Source of the DNA: an uncultured Aliarcobacter sp.
Lineage (GTDB): Bacteria > Campylobacterota > Campylobacteria > Campylobacterales > Arcobacteraceae
DNA: 64,000 bases
Direction: 5' to 3'
Assembly (NCBI GenBank): GCA_963664305.2
Contig: CAXXLV010000002.1
Coordinates: 160,001 to 224,000 of the forward strand
Under the pieces are notes generated by a model. That model searched no databases. It was not told the origin of the DNA and saw only the letters and a program-made list of their open reading frames with translations. Positions 47,660-57,604 of this stretch are shown here, in pieces (position 1 is the first letter of the stretch; each line of letters starts with the position of its first letter). The position numbers and the translations under genes are program-made.

Positions 47660-49561
47660 ATGGAAATATCAAAAGAAAAACAGTTTTTAAAAATAATAAA
47701 ATTTATGCCTTCAATTTTTGTTATATTTTTTTCCATTTTTGTAATTTTATTTTTATATTTTGAAAATAAAAAAACTTTTAATGAAGAAAAAAAAGATATA
47801 GAAGAAAAATATATTTTAAAAAATAAAGAGAATATCAAAGAAGAGGTAACTCGTGTACACTCTTTTATAAAACAACTTCAAAAAAATACAGAACAAGAAC
47901 TTAAAAATAGTGTAAAAAATAGAGTTTATGAAGCCCATGGAATAGCTACAGGAATATATGAAAAATATAAAGATACAAAAACAAAAGAAGAAATATTTGA
48001 ATTAATAAAAATTGCACTAGGTGCTTTGAGATTTAATGATGGAAGAGGGTACTTTTTTATGGATGATGTTTATGGAAATAAACTTTTACATCCAATAGAT
48101 ACAAGTATTGAAGGTAAAAATTTTATAAATTATACTGATGCACGAGGTTATAAACTTTTTCAATCAATTGTAAATGTTATAAAAGAGAAAACTGAAAGAT
48201 TTGATGAATATTATTGGTATAAACCAAATAATAACGGACAAGTAGCAAGAAAAATATCTTTTTATAAATATTTTGAACCTTTAAATATGGCTATAGGTAC
48301 AGGTGAATATTTTGATGATTTTGAAAAAATGATTCAAAAAAAAGCTTTAGATTATATAAACATGATTAAATTTGGTAATTCAGGTTATATATTTGTATTA
48401 AATTATGATGGTGTGTATTTAAGTCATTTCACAAAAGATTATATTGGTAAAGATTATATTCAAAATAGTGGTATAGAAAATGCTAATAAAGTTGTACCAG
48501 ATATGATTGAAATAGCAAAAAAAGGAAATGGATTTTATTCATATGTTCAAAATAAAAAACCAACAACTAATTTACCAACTAAAAAAATTAGTTATATCCA
48601 AGGATTAGATGATTGGAAATGGTTAATTGGAACAGGTTTTTATGAAGATGATATAAATTCTGAGATTGCTGAGATAAAAAGAAAATTAGATGAAAAATTT
48701 GATAATTATATAAAAAATATATTGATTATAGGTTCTATATTAATAGTTTTATTATTGATTGTATCAAGATATGTCTCTTTATTTTTGGAAAATAAATTTA
48801 AACAATATAAAAAAGAGTTGGATAAAAAACAGTTAATCTTACATCAACAATCAAAAATGGCAGCAATGGGTGAAATGATTGGAAATATAGCCCACCAATG
48901 GAGACAACCTTTATCAACAATTACAACAGCTTCAAGTGGAATGGTTTTACAAAAAGAGATGGGAATTTTAACTGATGAATTTTTCTTTGAAGCTTCTAAA
49001 AAAATCAATACATCAGCTCAATATTTATCTCAAACAATAGATGATTTTAGAAACTTTTTTAGTCCAAATAGACAAAAAACAAAGTTTTATTTAAAAAATA
49101 CTTTTTCTACTACGTTAGATTTAATTTCTGCACAATTTAATGCAAAAGAGATTCATATAATAAAAAATATTGAAGATATAGAACTATTTAATTATGAAAA
49201 TGAATTAATACAAGCACTGATTAATATTTTAAATAATTCAAGAGATGAGTTATTAAAAAAAGAGAATGATAGATATATTTTTATTGATGTTTATAAAAAT
49301 AATAGAAATGAAGTGAATATTTTAGTAAAAGATAATGCAGGTGGAATCAAAGAAAATGTTATTGATAAAATTTTTGAACCATATTTTACAACAAAACATC
49401 AATCTCAAGGTACAGGAATAGGTCTTTATATGACAGAAGAGATTATAACAAAACATTTAAATGGAACAATAAATGTGAAAAATAAAGAATTTTCTTTTAA
49501 TGATAAAAAATATTTCGGAGCACAATTTAGAATAAAATTGAAATTATCAGAGGAAGAATAA
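47660..49561 (+). CDS. Sensor histidine kinase with tandem Cache domains
   Basis: Two GYFF/GYIF...IGTG.Y Cache repeats between TM helices; GEMIGNIAHQWRQPL; DNAGGI; GTGIGL. Confidence 0.92.
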   Translation: MEISKEKQFLKIIKFMPSIFVIFFSIFVILFLYFENKKTFNEEKKDIEEKYILKNKENIKEEVTRVHSFIKQLQKNTEQELKNSVKNRVYEAHGIATGIYEKYKDTKTKEEIFELIKIALGALRFNDGRGYFFMDDVYGNKLLHPIDTSIEGKNFINYTDARGYKLFQSIVNVIKEKTERFDEYYWYKPNNNGQVARKISFYKYFEPLNMAIGTGEYFDDFEKMIQKKALDYINMIKFGNSGYIFVLNYDGVYLSHFTKDYIGKDYIQNSGIENANKVVPDMIEIAKKGNGFYSYVQNKKPTTNLPTKKISYIQGLDDWKWLIGTGFYEDDINSEIAEIKRKLDEKFDNYIKNILIIGSILIVLLLIVSRYVSLFLENKFKQYKKELDKKQLILHQQSKMAAMGEMIGNIAHQWRQPLSTITTASSGMVLQKEMGILTDEFFFEASKKINTSAQYLSQTIDDFRNFFSPNRQKTKFYLKNTFSTTLDLISAQFNAKEIHIIKNIEDIELFNYENELIQALINILNNSRDELLKKENDRYIFIDVYKNNRNEVNILVKDNAGGIKENVIDKIFEPYFTTKHQSQGTGIGLYMTEEIITKHLNGTINVKNKEFSFNDKKYFGAQFRIKLKLSEEE

Positions 49562-49662
49562 TTTTTAATTAAATAAGTCATTTTTTATTCTTATTACTAT
49601 ATTTGAAAAGTTAAAATAAATGGTACACTTTTTGTATATTGAAAAATAAAAAGGGAAATCAT

Positions 49663-49992
49663 ATGGTTTGTAAATTTCAAGAAATAAGTGATTTTTTTCA
49701 TAAATACTCACAACTTTTAGAAGGAGTTGGAGAAGAAGAATTAAAAGAGTTATTGGATACATTTCCCCATGCCTGTAAATTTGTAAAAACACTTGATGAG
49801 GATATTGTTAATTGTGATGATTTAGAAGTCGTTTCACAAAAAACTTTAGAGTTACTTGATAATGCATTTGACCATGAATATACAAAAGATGATATTTTAA
49901 AATTTGCAGGTGTTACATGTAAGATATTTGATATTGTAGGTGCACCTAAACATCATGTTCCATTTATTTTAGTAATGTTATCGAAACTTTAA
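49663..49992 (+). CDS. Hypothetical protein
   Basis: ATG 49663 after AAGGGA preferred over TTG 49639; 109 aa, helical, 4 Cys. Confidence 0.7.
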   Translation: MVCKFQEISDFFHKYSQLLEGVGEEELKELLDTFPHACKFVKTLDEDIVNCDDLEVVSQKTLELLDNAFDHEYTKDDILKFAGVTCKIFDIVGAPKHHVPFILVMLSKL

Positions 49993-50070
49993 AAGTGAAA
50001 ATACTATTGATATTTTAAGATATTATTTGAGTGGTTTTGAAATTTTGTGATTAGAAATCTTGTAAAAAAG

Positions 50071-50157
50071 TGGTGCGAATGGTGAGAATCGAACTCACAC
50101 TCCGAAACCGGAACGGGATTTTAAGTCCCGCGCGTCTACCTATTCCGCCACACTCGC
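50071..50157 (-). tRNA. tRNA-Leu(TAA)
   Basis: GCGAGTGTGGCGGAATAGGTAGACGC...CTTAAAA...long variable arm...GTTCGATTC...CCA. Confidence 0.96.
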
Positions 50158-50183
50158 ACAGTGTGTATATAAAAATTCAAAAG

Positions 50184-50259
50184 TGGTGGTTCGAGACAGA
50201 ATCGAACTGTCGACACAAGGATTTTCAATCCTTTGCTCTACCGACTGAGCTATCGAACC
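50184..50259 (-). tRNA. tRNA-Phe(GAA)
   Basis: GGTTCGATAGCTCAGTCGGTAGAGC...TTGAAAA...GTTCGATTC...CCA, 76 nt. Confidence 0.97.
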
Positions 50260-50282
50260 CTTGTAGCTTTTGAATAAAAAAG

Positions 50283-50367
50283 TGGTGGTGAGAGAAGGAT
50301 TCGAACCTTCGAAGCCGTAGGCGGCGGATTTACAGTCCGCAGGATTTGACCACTCTCCAACCTCACC
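50283..50367 (-). tRNA. tRNA-Tyr(GTA)
   Basis: GGTGAGG...CTGTAAA...variable arm...GGTTCGAATCC...CCA. Confidence 0.96.
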
Positions 50368-50392
50368 ATCAATAATAAAACTTAAACTAATT

Positions 50393-50467
50393 TGGATGGG
50401 GTAGAAGGATTCGAACCTTCGAATGACGGTACCAAAAACCGTTGCCTTACCGCTTGGCGATACCCCA
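50393..50467 (-). tRNA. tRNA-Gln(TTG)
   Basis: TGGGGTATCGCCAAGCGGTAAGGC...TTTTGGT...GGTTCGAATCC...CCA. Confidence 0.96.
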
Positions 50468-50485
50468 ATAATTTAAGTGGACGGA

Positions 50486-50491
50486 ATTATA
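50486..50491 (-). promoter_or_regulatory. -10 box (TATAAT) of the tRNA operon
   Basis: TATAAT followed by a GC-rich discriminator (tccgtccac), 18 nt upstream of tRNA-Gln. Confidence 0.6.
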
Positions 50492-50641
50492 TACTTTAAA
50501 TAATTAAAGTTAGCTAAAAAATTAATAATTAATAAAAAAATTTGAAAAACTTATAATTGAAAATAGCTTTACTAAAGAGAAAATTTTATGGTATTATTTT
50601 TTTTGATTAAATATTATTTTTAATCATTAAAAGGTGATGAC

Positions 50642-52255
50642 ATGTTTATGGAACATTTGGCACTTACTTATAAGTGTCATAGCTCAATTGGTAATAGTTT
50701 AGATTTAAATTCTATGATAAAAGAAGTTCTTACTACATTTGTCGAAGAAACAAATGCAATTAATGGCTTTTTTTATCTTATTGATGAAAATAATGACATA
50801 TATAAGTATATGTCTTATAACAACTCTTTGGAATATGAGAAAGAGTTATTAAAGAGTTATATGCAAGATTTAAAATATGTAAAGATATTTGATTTTGAAC
50901 AAAATAAATTGATAGTATTGCCACTTGATAAAGGAATATTTTTTATCATTTATGAAAACAATGATATAAATTTTGAATATATAACTTCTATGTTTCAAGA
51001 TTTAATTGTTAAATTGAACATAAGTATTGATGCATGTTTAAATGTTCAAAGAATGAAAAATAAAAATAAAATATTAAAACATTTAACAAATGAGTTAAAA
51101 GAACAACAAAAACAATTAATTGAATCTGATAAATATAAAAGTGATTTTTTGGCAAATATGTCCCATGAATTAAAAACTCCATTAAATTCTATTATTGTTA
51201 TTTCATCTATCATGTCAAAAAATAAGAACAAAAAACTTGATGATGAACAAGTTAAAAATATGAAAATCATAAACAATTGTGGAAATGATTTATTAGTTCT
51301 TATAAATGATATTTTAGATATTTCTAAAATAGAAGCAGGTGAAGTTACAATCAATTTAACAAAAACAAATATGAATCAATTGATAGAAGATTTAATAACA
51401 GAGATGCAGCCTTTGGCTGTTGAAAAAGAGTTATTGTTGATTTCAAATTGTTTATTAAATCAGATTTTTTTATTAACAGATTCAAGTAGAATAAAACAAA
51501 TTCTAAAAAATCTTATAAGTAATGCAATAAAATTTACTAAAGAGGGTAAAATAGAGGTAATTTTAGAAGAAAATGCCAATGATTTAACTATAAAAGTTAT
51601 TGATGAAGGTATAGGAATAGCAAAAGAAAAATTACAACATATTTTTGAAAGATTCAAACAAGCTGATGGTAGTACAACAAGAAAATATGGTGGAACAGGC
51701 TTAGGATTAGCAATATCAAAAGAGCTTGCACTTTTATTAGGAGCAGATATTAAAGCTTTTAGTGAAATTGATAAAGGTAGTACTTTTGAGCTTATTTTGC
51801 CTAAGAAAACAAATATTAAAAATATCTCAGATGATAAAGTTACAATTTTTTCTAAAAACGAAAATGAAGTTATAGAGGATATAGTCTTTTTTGATATGGA
51901 TGAACATGTTTTAGAAGAAACAAAACTAAAACAAGAAGATAAAATTTTAGTTATAAATAGTGACCATAGCTCTTTTTTCCCCATTGCTGTTGCTTTGAAA
52001 AAACAAGGTGTAATTATTGACTATTTTAATTCATTTGAGGAGAGTTTAATCTCTTTGGAAAAAAATTATAGATTAATTTTAATTTATGAAGAAAATTTAT
52101 CTTCAAATTTAGATGAGGTTTTGGAGTATATAAAAAATGAAAATTTGAATTATTTACTAATTACAACAAATGCTGAAAATATAGAAAATTCTTTGTCTAA
52201 AGAATTAGTAAAAACTGAGTTATTGAATAAAATTTTAACATATTTGGAAAAATGA
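50642..52255 (+). CDS. Cytoplasmic sensor histidine kinase with degenerate C-terminal receiver-like domain
   Basis: FLANMSHELKTPLN, NAIKFT, DEGIGI, GGTGLGL; no TM helix. Confidence 0.9.
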   Translation: MFMEHLALTYKCHSSIGNSLDLNSMIKEVLTTFVEETNAINGFFYLIDENNDIYKYMSYNNSLEYEKELLKSYMQDLKYVKIFDFEQNKLIVLPLDKGIFFIIYENNDINFEYITSMFQDLIVKLNISIDACLNVQRMKNKNKILKHLTNELKEQQKQLIESDKYKSDFLANMSHELKTPLNSIIVISSIMSKNKNKKLDDEQVKNMKIINNCGNDLLVLINDILDISKIEAGEVTINLTKTNMNQLIEDLITEMQPLAVEKELLLISNCLLNQIFLLTDSSRIKQILKNLISNAIKFTKEGKIEVILEENANDLTIKVIDEGIGIAKEKLQHIFERFKQADGSTTRKYGGTGLGLAISKELALLLGADIKAFSEIDKGSTFELILPKKTNIKNISDDKVTIFSKNENEVIEDIVFFDMDEHVLEETKLKQEDKILVINSDHSSFFPIAVALKKQGVIIDYFNSFEESLISLEKNYRLILIYEENLSSNLDEVLEYIKNENLNYLLITTNAENIENSLSKELVKTELLNKILTYLEK

Positions 52256-52256
52256 A

Positions 52257-53372
52257 ATGGATAAATTTAATATTTTACTTGTAGATGATGTTCCTGAAAA
52301 TATCTATTCTTTAAAGATGATGATAGAAGATAGTTTTGATGTAAGAATTTATTCTGCATTAAATGCGCAAGAAGGAATTGAAATTCTTATGAAAGAGAAT
52401 GTAGATTTGATTTTAACGGATGTTCAAATGCCTGATATTGATGGATTTGAATTTGTTGATTATATTAAAAATATAGAAAGAACAAAAGATATTCCAGTTA
52501 TTTTTATAACAGGAATTTATGATAAAGATGAATATAAAACAAAAGGTTATAATTTAGGGGCTGTTGAATATATCACAAAACCAATTCATGATGTTTTATT
52601 AAACTCTAAATTAAAAGTTTATATTGATATTTTTGAAAGAAGAAAAGAAGACGAAAAACAAATTGCTGAAAAAGAAAAAGTATTAATTCATCAATCAAAA
52701 ATGGCAACTATGGGTGAGATGATAGGTGTTATTGCACATCAATTAAAACAGCCTTTAAATGTCTTATCTTTGTATTGTAACGATGTAAAATCTTCTTATG
52801 AATACAATGAAATTGATGATAAGTTTATTGAAGATTTTTCTAAAAATACAAAAGAACAAATAACATTTTTAAGTGAAACTATAGATGGATTTAGAAATTT
52901 TTTCAATCCTGAAAAAAGTAAAAGAACATTTTTTATTAGAGATGCAATAAATACTTCTATTAAGTTGTTAGGAAATCAGTTTGAAGTAAATAAAATTGAA
53001 TTAAATGTAGATGTTTCAGAAGAAGAAGTTTATGGTAATGAAACAGAATTAGAACAAGTGATTTTAAATATTATAAATAATTCAATTGATGCTTTTAAAG
53101 AAAGAGAGATAGAAAATAGAAAAGTTAATATCTCAGTTTTATCAAAACAATCATATACAATTTTGATTATGGAAGATAACGCAGGTGGAGTAAAGCTTGA
53201 GACTTTAGAAAAACTTTTTGATCCATACTATACAACAAAAGCAAATGGAACAGGTACAGGACTTTATATGGTTAAGTTAGTTATCAAAAATAGTTTTGGT
53301 GGAGATTTAAAAATAGCAAATACAAAAGATGGATTAAGATATATCATAGCTCTTCCTCAAAAGAGACTATGA
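52257..53372 (+). CDS. Hybrid response regulator / histidine kinase (REC-HisKA-HATPase)
   Basis: LVDD, TDVQMP, KP; IAHQLKQPL; DNAGG; GTGTGL. Confidence 0.92.
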   Translation: MDKFNILLVDDVPENIYSLKMMIEDSFDVRIYSALNAQEGIEILMKENVDLILTDVQMPDIDGFEFVDYIKNIERTKDIPVIFITGIYDKDEYKTKGYNLGAVEYITKPIHDVLLNSKLKVYIDIFERRKEDEKQIAEKEKVLIHQSKMATMGEMIGVIAHQLKQPLNVLSLYCNDVKSSYEYNEIDDKFIEDFSKNTKEQITFLSETIDGFRNFFNPEKSKRTFFIRDAINTSIKLLGNQFEVNKIELNVDVSEEEVYGNETELEQVILNIINNSIDAFKEREIENRKVNISVLSKQSYTILIMEDNAGGVKLETLEKLFDPYYTTKANGTGTGLYMVKLVIKNSFGGDLKIANTKDGLRYIIALPQKRL

Positions 53373-54625
53373 TGGCTATTCTCTGTTAATTCTTTTACTT
53401 TTTCTTCTAAAGATTTAATTACATCTTTTAAATCTTCTATTCTTTTATTTTTTTGTTCATTCATTTCAGTAAGTAAAGCTAACTCTTTTTTTGTAGCTGC
53501 TATTTCTTCATGAGATTCTTTGATTTTTTCTAATAAAGTTGCTTTTTCTTGTTTTAGTAATAATACGCTTTTTGAATACTCTTCTGCTTCTTTACTTTTT
53601 ACTGTCATATGACCATAATATTTTTCATCAACATTATGCATTTGTAATTCATAGTGGTCAAGTTGTCTTTGTCTGCTTAAAGTTTTTGCTTTTTGCTCTT
53701 CTAACTCTTCTTGTAATCTTGGAATATATGATTCTAATTGATTAAGTCTATCTGTTAGTTCTTGAAATTGTTTTTTATAAAGATACTCTTTTTTATTAAA
53801 TTCTTGAAGTGTTTTTATAACTTTTTTTTGAAATTCTCTTTTTTCTATATTCTCTTTAGTTGTTGAAAAACCAATTGTAATATATTCAGTTTTTGAATCT
53901 GAATCAAGACTAAAAATTGTATTTTTTAAATAAAAAGCTTCATTGTCTTTTGCTAAAAATTTTGTATTTCCAGTCCAAGAATCACCTTTTTTTAAACTTT
54001 CCCATGTTTTTTCAATATATTCTTTTGGAATATCTGGATGAATTAATCCAGAAAATCCAATCTCTTTTAACTCTTCAATTGTATATTTTGAAGTTTCAAG
54101 TAAACTTTTATTTGCAAAAGAGATATTTCCATCCCCGTCCATTTTATAAATTAAAGCTACATTATCAACAGCTTCAAGATATTTTTTTAGTTTATATTGT
54201 TTCTCATCTAATTGTGATTGAATATATTGCTTTTCACAAGCTTCTGAAACTTTTTTTATTAAAATTGATGTATCTATTGGTTTTATAATATAGCTTGTTA
54301 CATTTAAATCAATAGCTTTTACAATATTTTCTGTTTCACTTCTTGCTGTTGTATAAATAAGAGGTACATTAAGGTCAAGTTCTCTTATTTTTTCAACCAT
54401 TTCTAAACCATTCATAATAGGCATATTTATGTCAGATACGATTAAATCAATTTTTGTATTTGAATTAAATGCTTCTTTGAATCTTTCTAAACCCTCTTGA
54501 CCATTTATTGCAATAACAACATTTTTGAATATTTTTCCTAAGAGTTTAGCAAGTTTTTCTCTTGCTAAATCTTCATCTTCTACAAAAAGTACAGTTTGGG
54601 TTTTTAAAAATTCTGAATCTATCAT
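53357..54625 (-). CDS. Response regulator with PAS domain and long C-terminal coiled coil
   Basis: VEDE, SDINMP, KP; PAS (IHPD...W.G); heptad-rich tail. Confidence 0.88.
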   Translation of the reverse strand: MIDSEFLKTQTVLFVEDEDLAREKLAKLLGKIFKNVVIAINGQEGLERFKEAFNSNTKIDLIVSDINMPIMNGLEMVEKIRELDLNVPLIYTTARSETENIVKAIDLNVTSYIIKPIDTSILIKKVSEACEKQYIQSQLDEKQYKLKKYLEAVDNVALIYKMDGDGNISFANKSLLETSKYTIEELKEIGFSGLIHPDIPKEYIEKTWESLKKGDSWTGNTKFLAKDNEAFYLKNTIFSLDSDSKTEYITIGFSTTKENIEKREFQKKVIKTLQEFNKKEYLYKKQFQELTDRLNQLESYIPRLQEELEEQKAKTLSRQRQLDHYELQMHNVDEKYYGHMTVKSKEAEEYSKSVLLLKQEKATLLEKIKESHEEIAATKKELALLTEMNEQKNKRIEDLKDVIKSLEEKVKELTENSHHSLF

Positions 54626-54645
54626 TATAAAAATCCTATTATATT

Positions 54646-55392
54646 TTATTCATACGGAGTTGGTTTTGGTGGGAACTCTTCAAATGCTTTTTTTATAGCA
54701 CTTGAAATAGAGTTTCTATATTTATAATTTTGTAAAGGATTAGAGAATTGTAAATATTCAATTGCACCTTCTTCTGTTTTCTCTTTTTTATAAACATAAG
54801 CAACTTTTTTCCCAAGTTTTAGAGTGTTCTCATAGATTGTTTTTGCATATTCATTTATATATGGAAACTCTTTTTCTTTGATTTTATCTCCCCAACAGAA
54901 AAATACAAATTTTCCTGCAGGAATAAAATTTGCTGCATCAAAATACATAATATCTCTATCAAATTCTGTGTTTTGAGCTGAGTTATATTTTTCTAAATCT
55001 TCATTAAATTTAGTTAATAAAGAAGGAACATCAATATGAGATTCTATTAGATTAAATAGATTTTTAATCTCTACAATTTTTCCTTTACAACTCTCTCTCA
55101 TTGCTTGTTTGAAAACAGTTATATAAGTTTCAGCTTTTAATTCAATCATTTTATCAAAGTCATCAAATTCTTGCTCTAATAAGTATTTATTTGAATCAAA
55201 TCCAAGAGGAGTTACAACTGGATTATATAAAAATACAGTTCCTATAATATTCTTTTTTCTATCTTTTGCTGTTTTAATTTTATCTCTTAAATCTTTAGCT
55301 GTAATCTCTTCATCTTCTTCATTAAAGTACATATAACTTTGTGTTAAAAAAATCTCTTCATATTTAGTTTCAATTACTCCGAAATATTGCAT
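54646..55392 (-). CDS. Hypothetical protein, possibly divergent DUF1643-like
   Basis: ATG after GGGAG; motif order FLYNP...NLFN...CWG...NP. Confidence 0.65.
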   Translation of the reverse strand: MQYFGVIETKYEEIFLTQSYMYFNEEDEEITAKDLRDKIKTAKDRKKNIIGTVFLYNPVVTPLGFDSNKYLLEQEFDDFDKMIELKAETYITVFKQAMRESCKGKIVEIKNLFNLIESHIDVPSLLTKFNEDLEKYNSAQNTEFDRDIMYFDAANFIPAGKFVFFCWGDKIKEKEFPYINEYAKTIYENTLKLGKKVAYVYKKEKTEEGAIEYLQFSNPLQNYKYRNSISSAIKKAFEEFPPKPTPYE

Positions 55393-55432
55393 CAAACTCC
55401 CTTTATTATTTCTATTAAAATATTATCCAACA

Positions 55433-57604
55433 TTAATGAATAGCTGGCTTAGGTTTTTTTATATCTTGTTTTTGATAAATTCTTAGATTTGCACATTCAC
55501 GAATTAATTCGTTGTAATAATTTGTATCATTATATTCATTTTTTAATTTATCAAAATATTTTCCATAATTATTTTTTATATATTCATTATAAACTTTTTC
55601 ATTTCCATAGTACCAAAATCTTTCCAAATCATATCTATAGAAATCTTTATTGTAATAATCAACAGTTTTAGAAGCATAATTTATATCATAAGAAGCTAGT
55701 TCAGATTTTGCTAACATATAAGTGATTTTTGCTTTAAACTCTTTTTCTTTTGCTTCTTCAAGTGCAGTTGTAAAGTGTTTAATAGATAAATCAATTTTTT
55801 CTTTTTGTAAATCATAATCACTAAAAGAGTAAACACTTCTATAAACTGTTGTTAAAATATTTGAATTTCCAAAGTAACTAAGATTATATAAGGCATTTGC
55901 ATAAAGGTAATTATCCATCACGCTTTTTGGATTTTTTTCTAATTCATTTTGAATTACAATAATTTTTTCAAGAAACTCTTTGATACTCATAGTATCTTGT
56001 TTTCCACTTCTATTATTTCCTCTAATTAGACCATTAAACGGATTGAATTGAACTTTTTCATTTAAAATTGAAGCATTTAAATCAAGTGCTTCTTTAAATT
56101 TTAGATTGTTGATTAAAAGTTTAGTTTTTGTATTTAATAGATTTTTACTTAATACAAATTTATCATTTTCTTTATTTAATAGTTTTTGTTCACTATATTT
56201 AGAAGCAAAATGTTCTTTGATTTTTGAATCTTTTGGATTTTCCATAAATATTCTAAATTTTTCCAATAAAGCTAAATCAAAAACAGCGTCATCTAAATAG
56301 TTGATATGATTTGCTAAAAATGCGTTAAATTTGTCATTTTGTTTTAAATATAATTTTTCTAAAACTACAAAAGTATAGTCATGAATTGAAGTAGAATTTG
56401 TCTCATTTTTTGTTAATTTTGACATTTTTTCATATATATCATTTTCTATTTTTATATCTATAGAATTTAATTTTTCAAGATATAAAATATATGATAAAGT
56501 CTGAACTTCATGTGAGTTTGGATAGTTTTTCAGTAATTCTTCTGTGATTTTTGTACTTTCATCAAAGTTTTTTTCATAAAGATTAAAATATGCAAGACTT
56601 AGATTTACTAAATACATATCGTCTTTTTTTACAGTTTTTAAAAATTCAATATATTTTTTATAAGGGAAATTTCTCTCATATTCACTGTGTTGGTCAAAAA
56701 AATGTTGAGTATTTAAAAGTTCTCTATAAAGTGTAAAATCAAACCATTTTGAGTTTTTATCTAAAGTATAAATATTTTGTAACTCTTCGATTACATTACT
56801 ATTTTCATTTAAAGCTCTTAGTGCATAAAATTTTGTTTTTTCTTCATTTGATTTTGCTAAATTTAATAACTCATTCCATTGTTCATTTGTTTTTATATGA
56901 AAAAAATTATAATAACTCAAATGTGAGTTGATTTTATCTTCACTAAAAAGTTTTGAAAATTCATAAACACCTTCTACAACTTTTCCACTTTTTATTAAAG
57001 CTCCAGCATAAAGTCCTTGAATCCAATCTTTTACAATTGTTTTATCATTTGAATCTAATAAATATTTATATTTTTCATAGATTTTTAATGGTTCTTGTTT
57101 TTTATAGTGAGCTAATCTTAACGATAAATAAAAATATCTAAGCTTTAACCATGAAGAGTTTACGGTATCTATTTTATTTAAAGCTTCATCTAAAAGTTTT
57201 TTATAATCAACTAAAGCTCTTTTTTCAACTTCACTCATATAGTAGTTGTAAGTTACATGTTTTTCTTGTCTTTTTACAAGATTTATATAATCAAGGATAT
57301 CTTTATCTTTTAGGTTTTGTAGATTTTCTCTTTTATAAACAAAATCTTCAATCTCTTTTAAAGAATAAGCATCTTTTAGCTCTTTTTTCCACTCTTTTAG
57401 ATTTTCTTCTTTATTTTTTTCTTCATAAGCCCAAACAATTGTATTGTAGACATTTGCAGAATTTACCTCTTCTGAAACATTTGAAAAAGGCATATCTCTA
57501 TTTTCTAAAAAGATAAACTCTTTTTGATTGTAATCCCAACCATCAGCACAAGCTAGAAGATAAAGTTTTACAAAAAGCGTTAAAATTAAAACTCTAAAAA
57601 TCAT
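55433..57604 (-). CDS. Large exported all-helical (TPR-like) protein, possible lipoprotein
   Basis: Signal peptide ending LLAC; Tyr/Leu/Ala helical repeats; overlaps the upstream stop (ATGA). Confidence 0.75.
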   Translation of the reverse strand: MIFRVLILTLFVKLYLLACADGWDYNQKEFIFLENRDMPFSNVSEEVNSANVYNTIVWAYEEKNKEENLKEWKKELKDAYSLKEIEDFVYKRENLQNLKDKDILDYINLVKRQEKHVTYNYYMSEVEKRALVDYKKLLDEALNKIDTVNSSWLKLRYFYLSLRLAHYKKQEPLKIYEKYKYLLDSNDKTIVKDWIQGLYAGALIKSGKVVEGVYEFSKLFSEDKINSHLSYYNFFHIKTNEQWNELLNLAKSNEEKTKFYALRALNENSNVIEELQNIYTLDKNSKWFDFTLYRELLNTQHFFDQHSEYERNFPYKKYIEFLKTVKKDDMYLVNLSLAYFNLYEKNFDESTKITEELLKNYPNSHEVQTLSYILYLEKLNSIDIKIENDIYEKMSKLTKNETNSTSIHDYTFVVLEKLYLKQNDKFNAFLANHINYLDDAVFDLALLEKFRIFMENPKDSKIKEHFASKYSEQKLLNKENDKFVLSKNLLNTKTKLLINNLKFKEALDLNASILNEKVQFNPFNGLIRGNNRSGKQDTMSIKEFLEKIIVIQNELEKNPKSVMDNYLYANALYNLSYFGNSNILTTVYRSVYSFSDYDLQKEKIDLSIKHFTTALEEAKEKEFKAKITYMLAKSELASYDINYASKTVDYYNKDFYRYDLERFWYYGNEKVYNEYIKNNYGKYFDKLKNEYNDTNYYNELIRECANLRIYQKQDIKKPKPAIH

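Noticed and set aside
50070..50273. 67-aa ORF in the track
   Set aside because: It is the antisense reading of tRNA-Leu and tRNA-Phe
50604..50626. Inverted repeat TGATTAAA-N7-TTTAATCA before the kinase gene
   Set aside because: Almost entirely A/T; cannot be distinguished from chance or assigned to a regulator
49993..50641. tRNA cluster as a genomic island integration site
   Set aside because: No integrase, no duplicated tRNA 3' end and no evident compositional shift in the window
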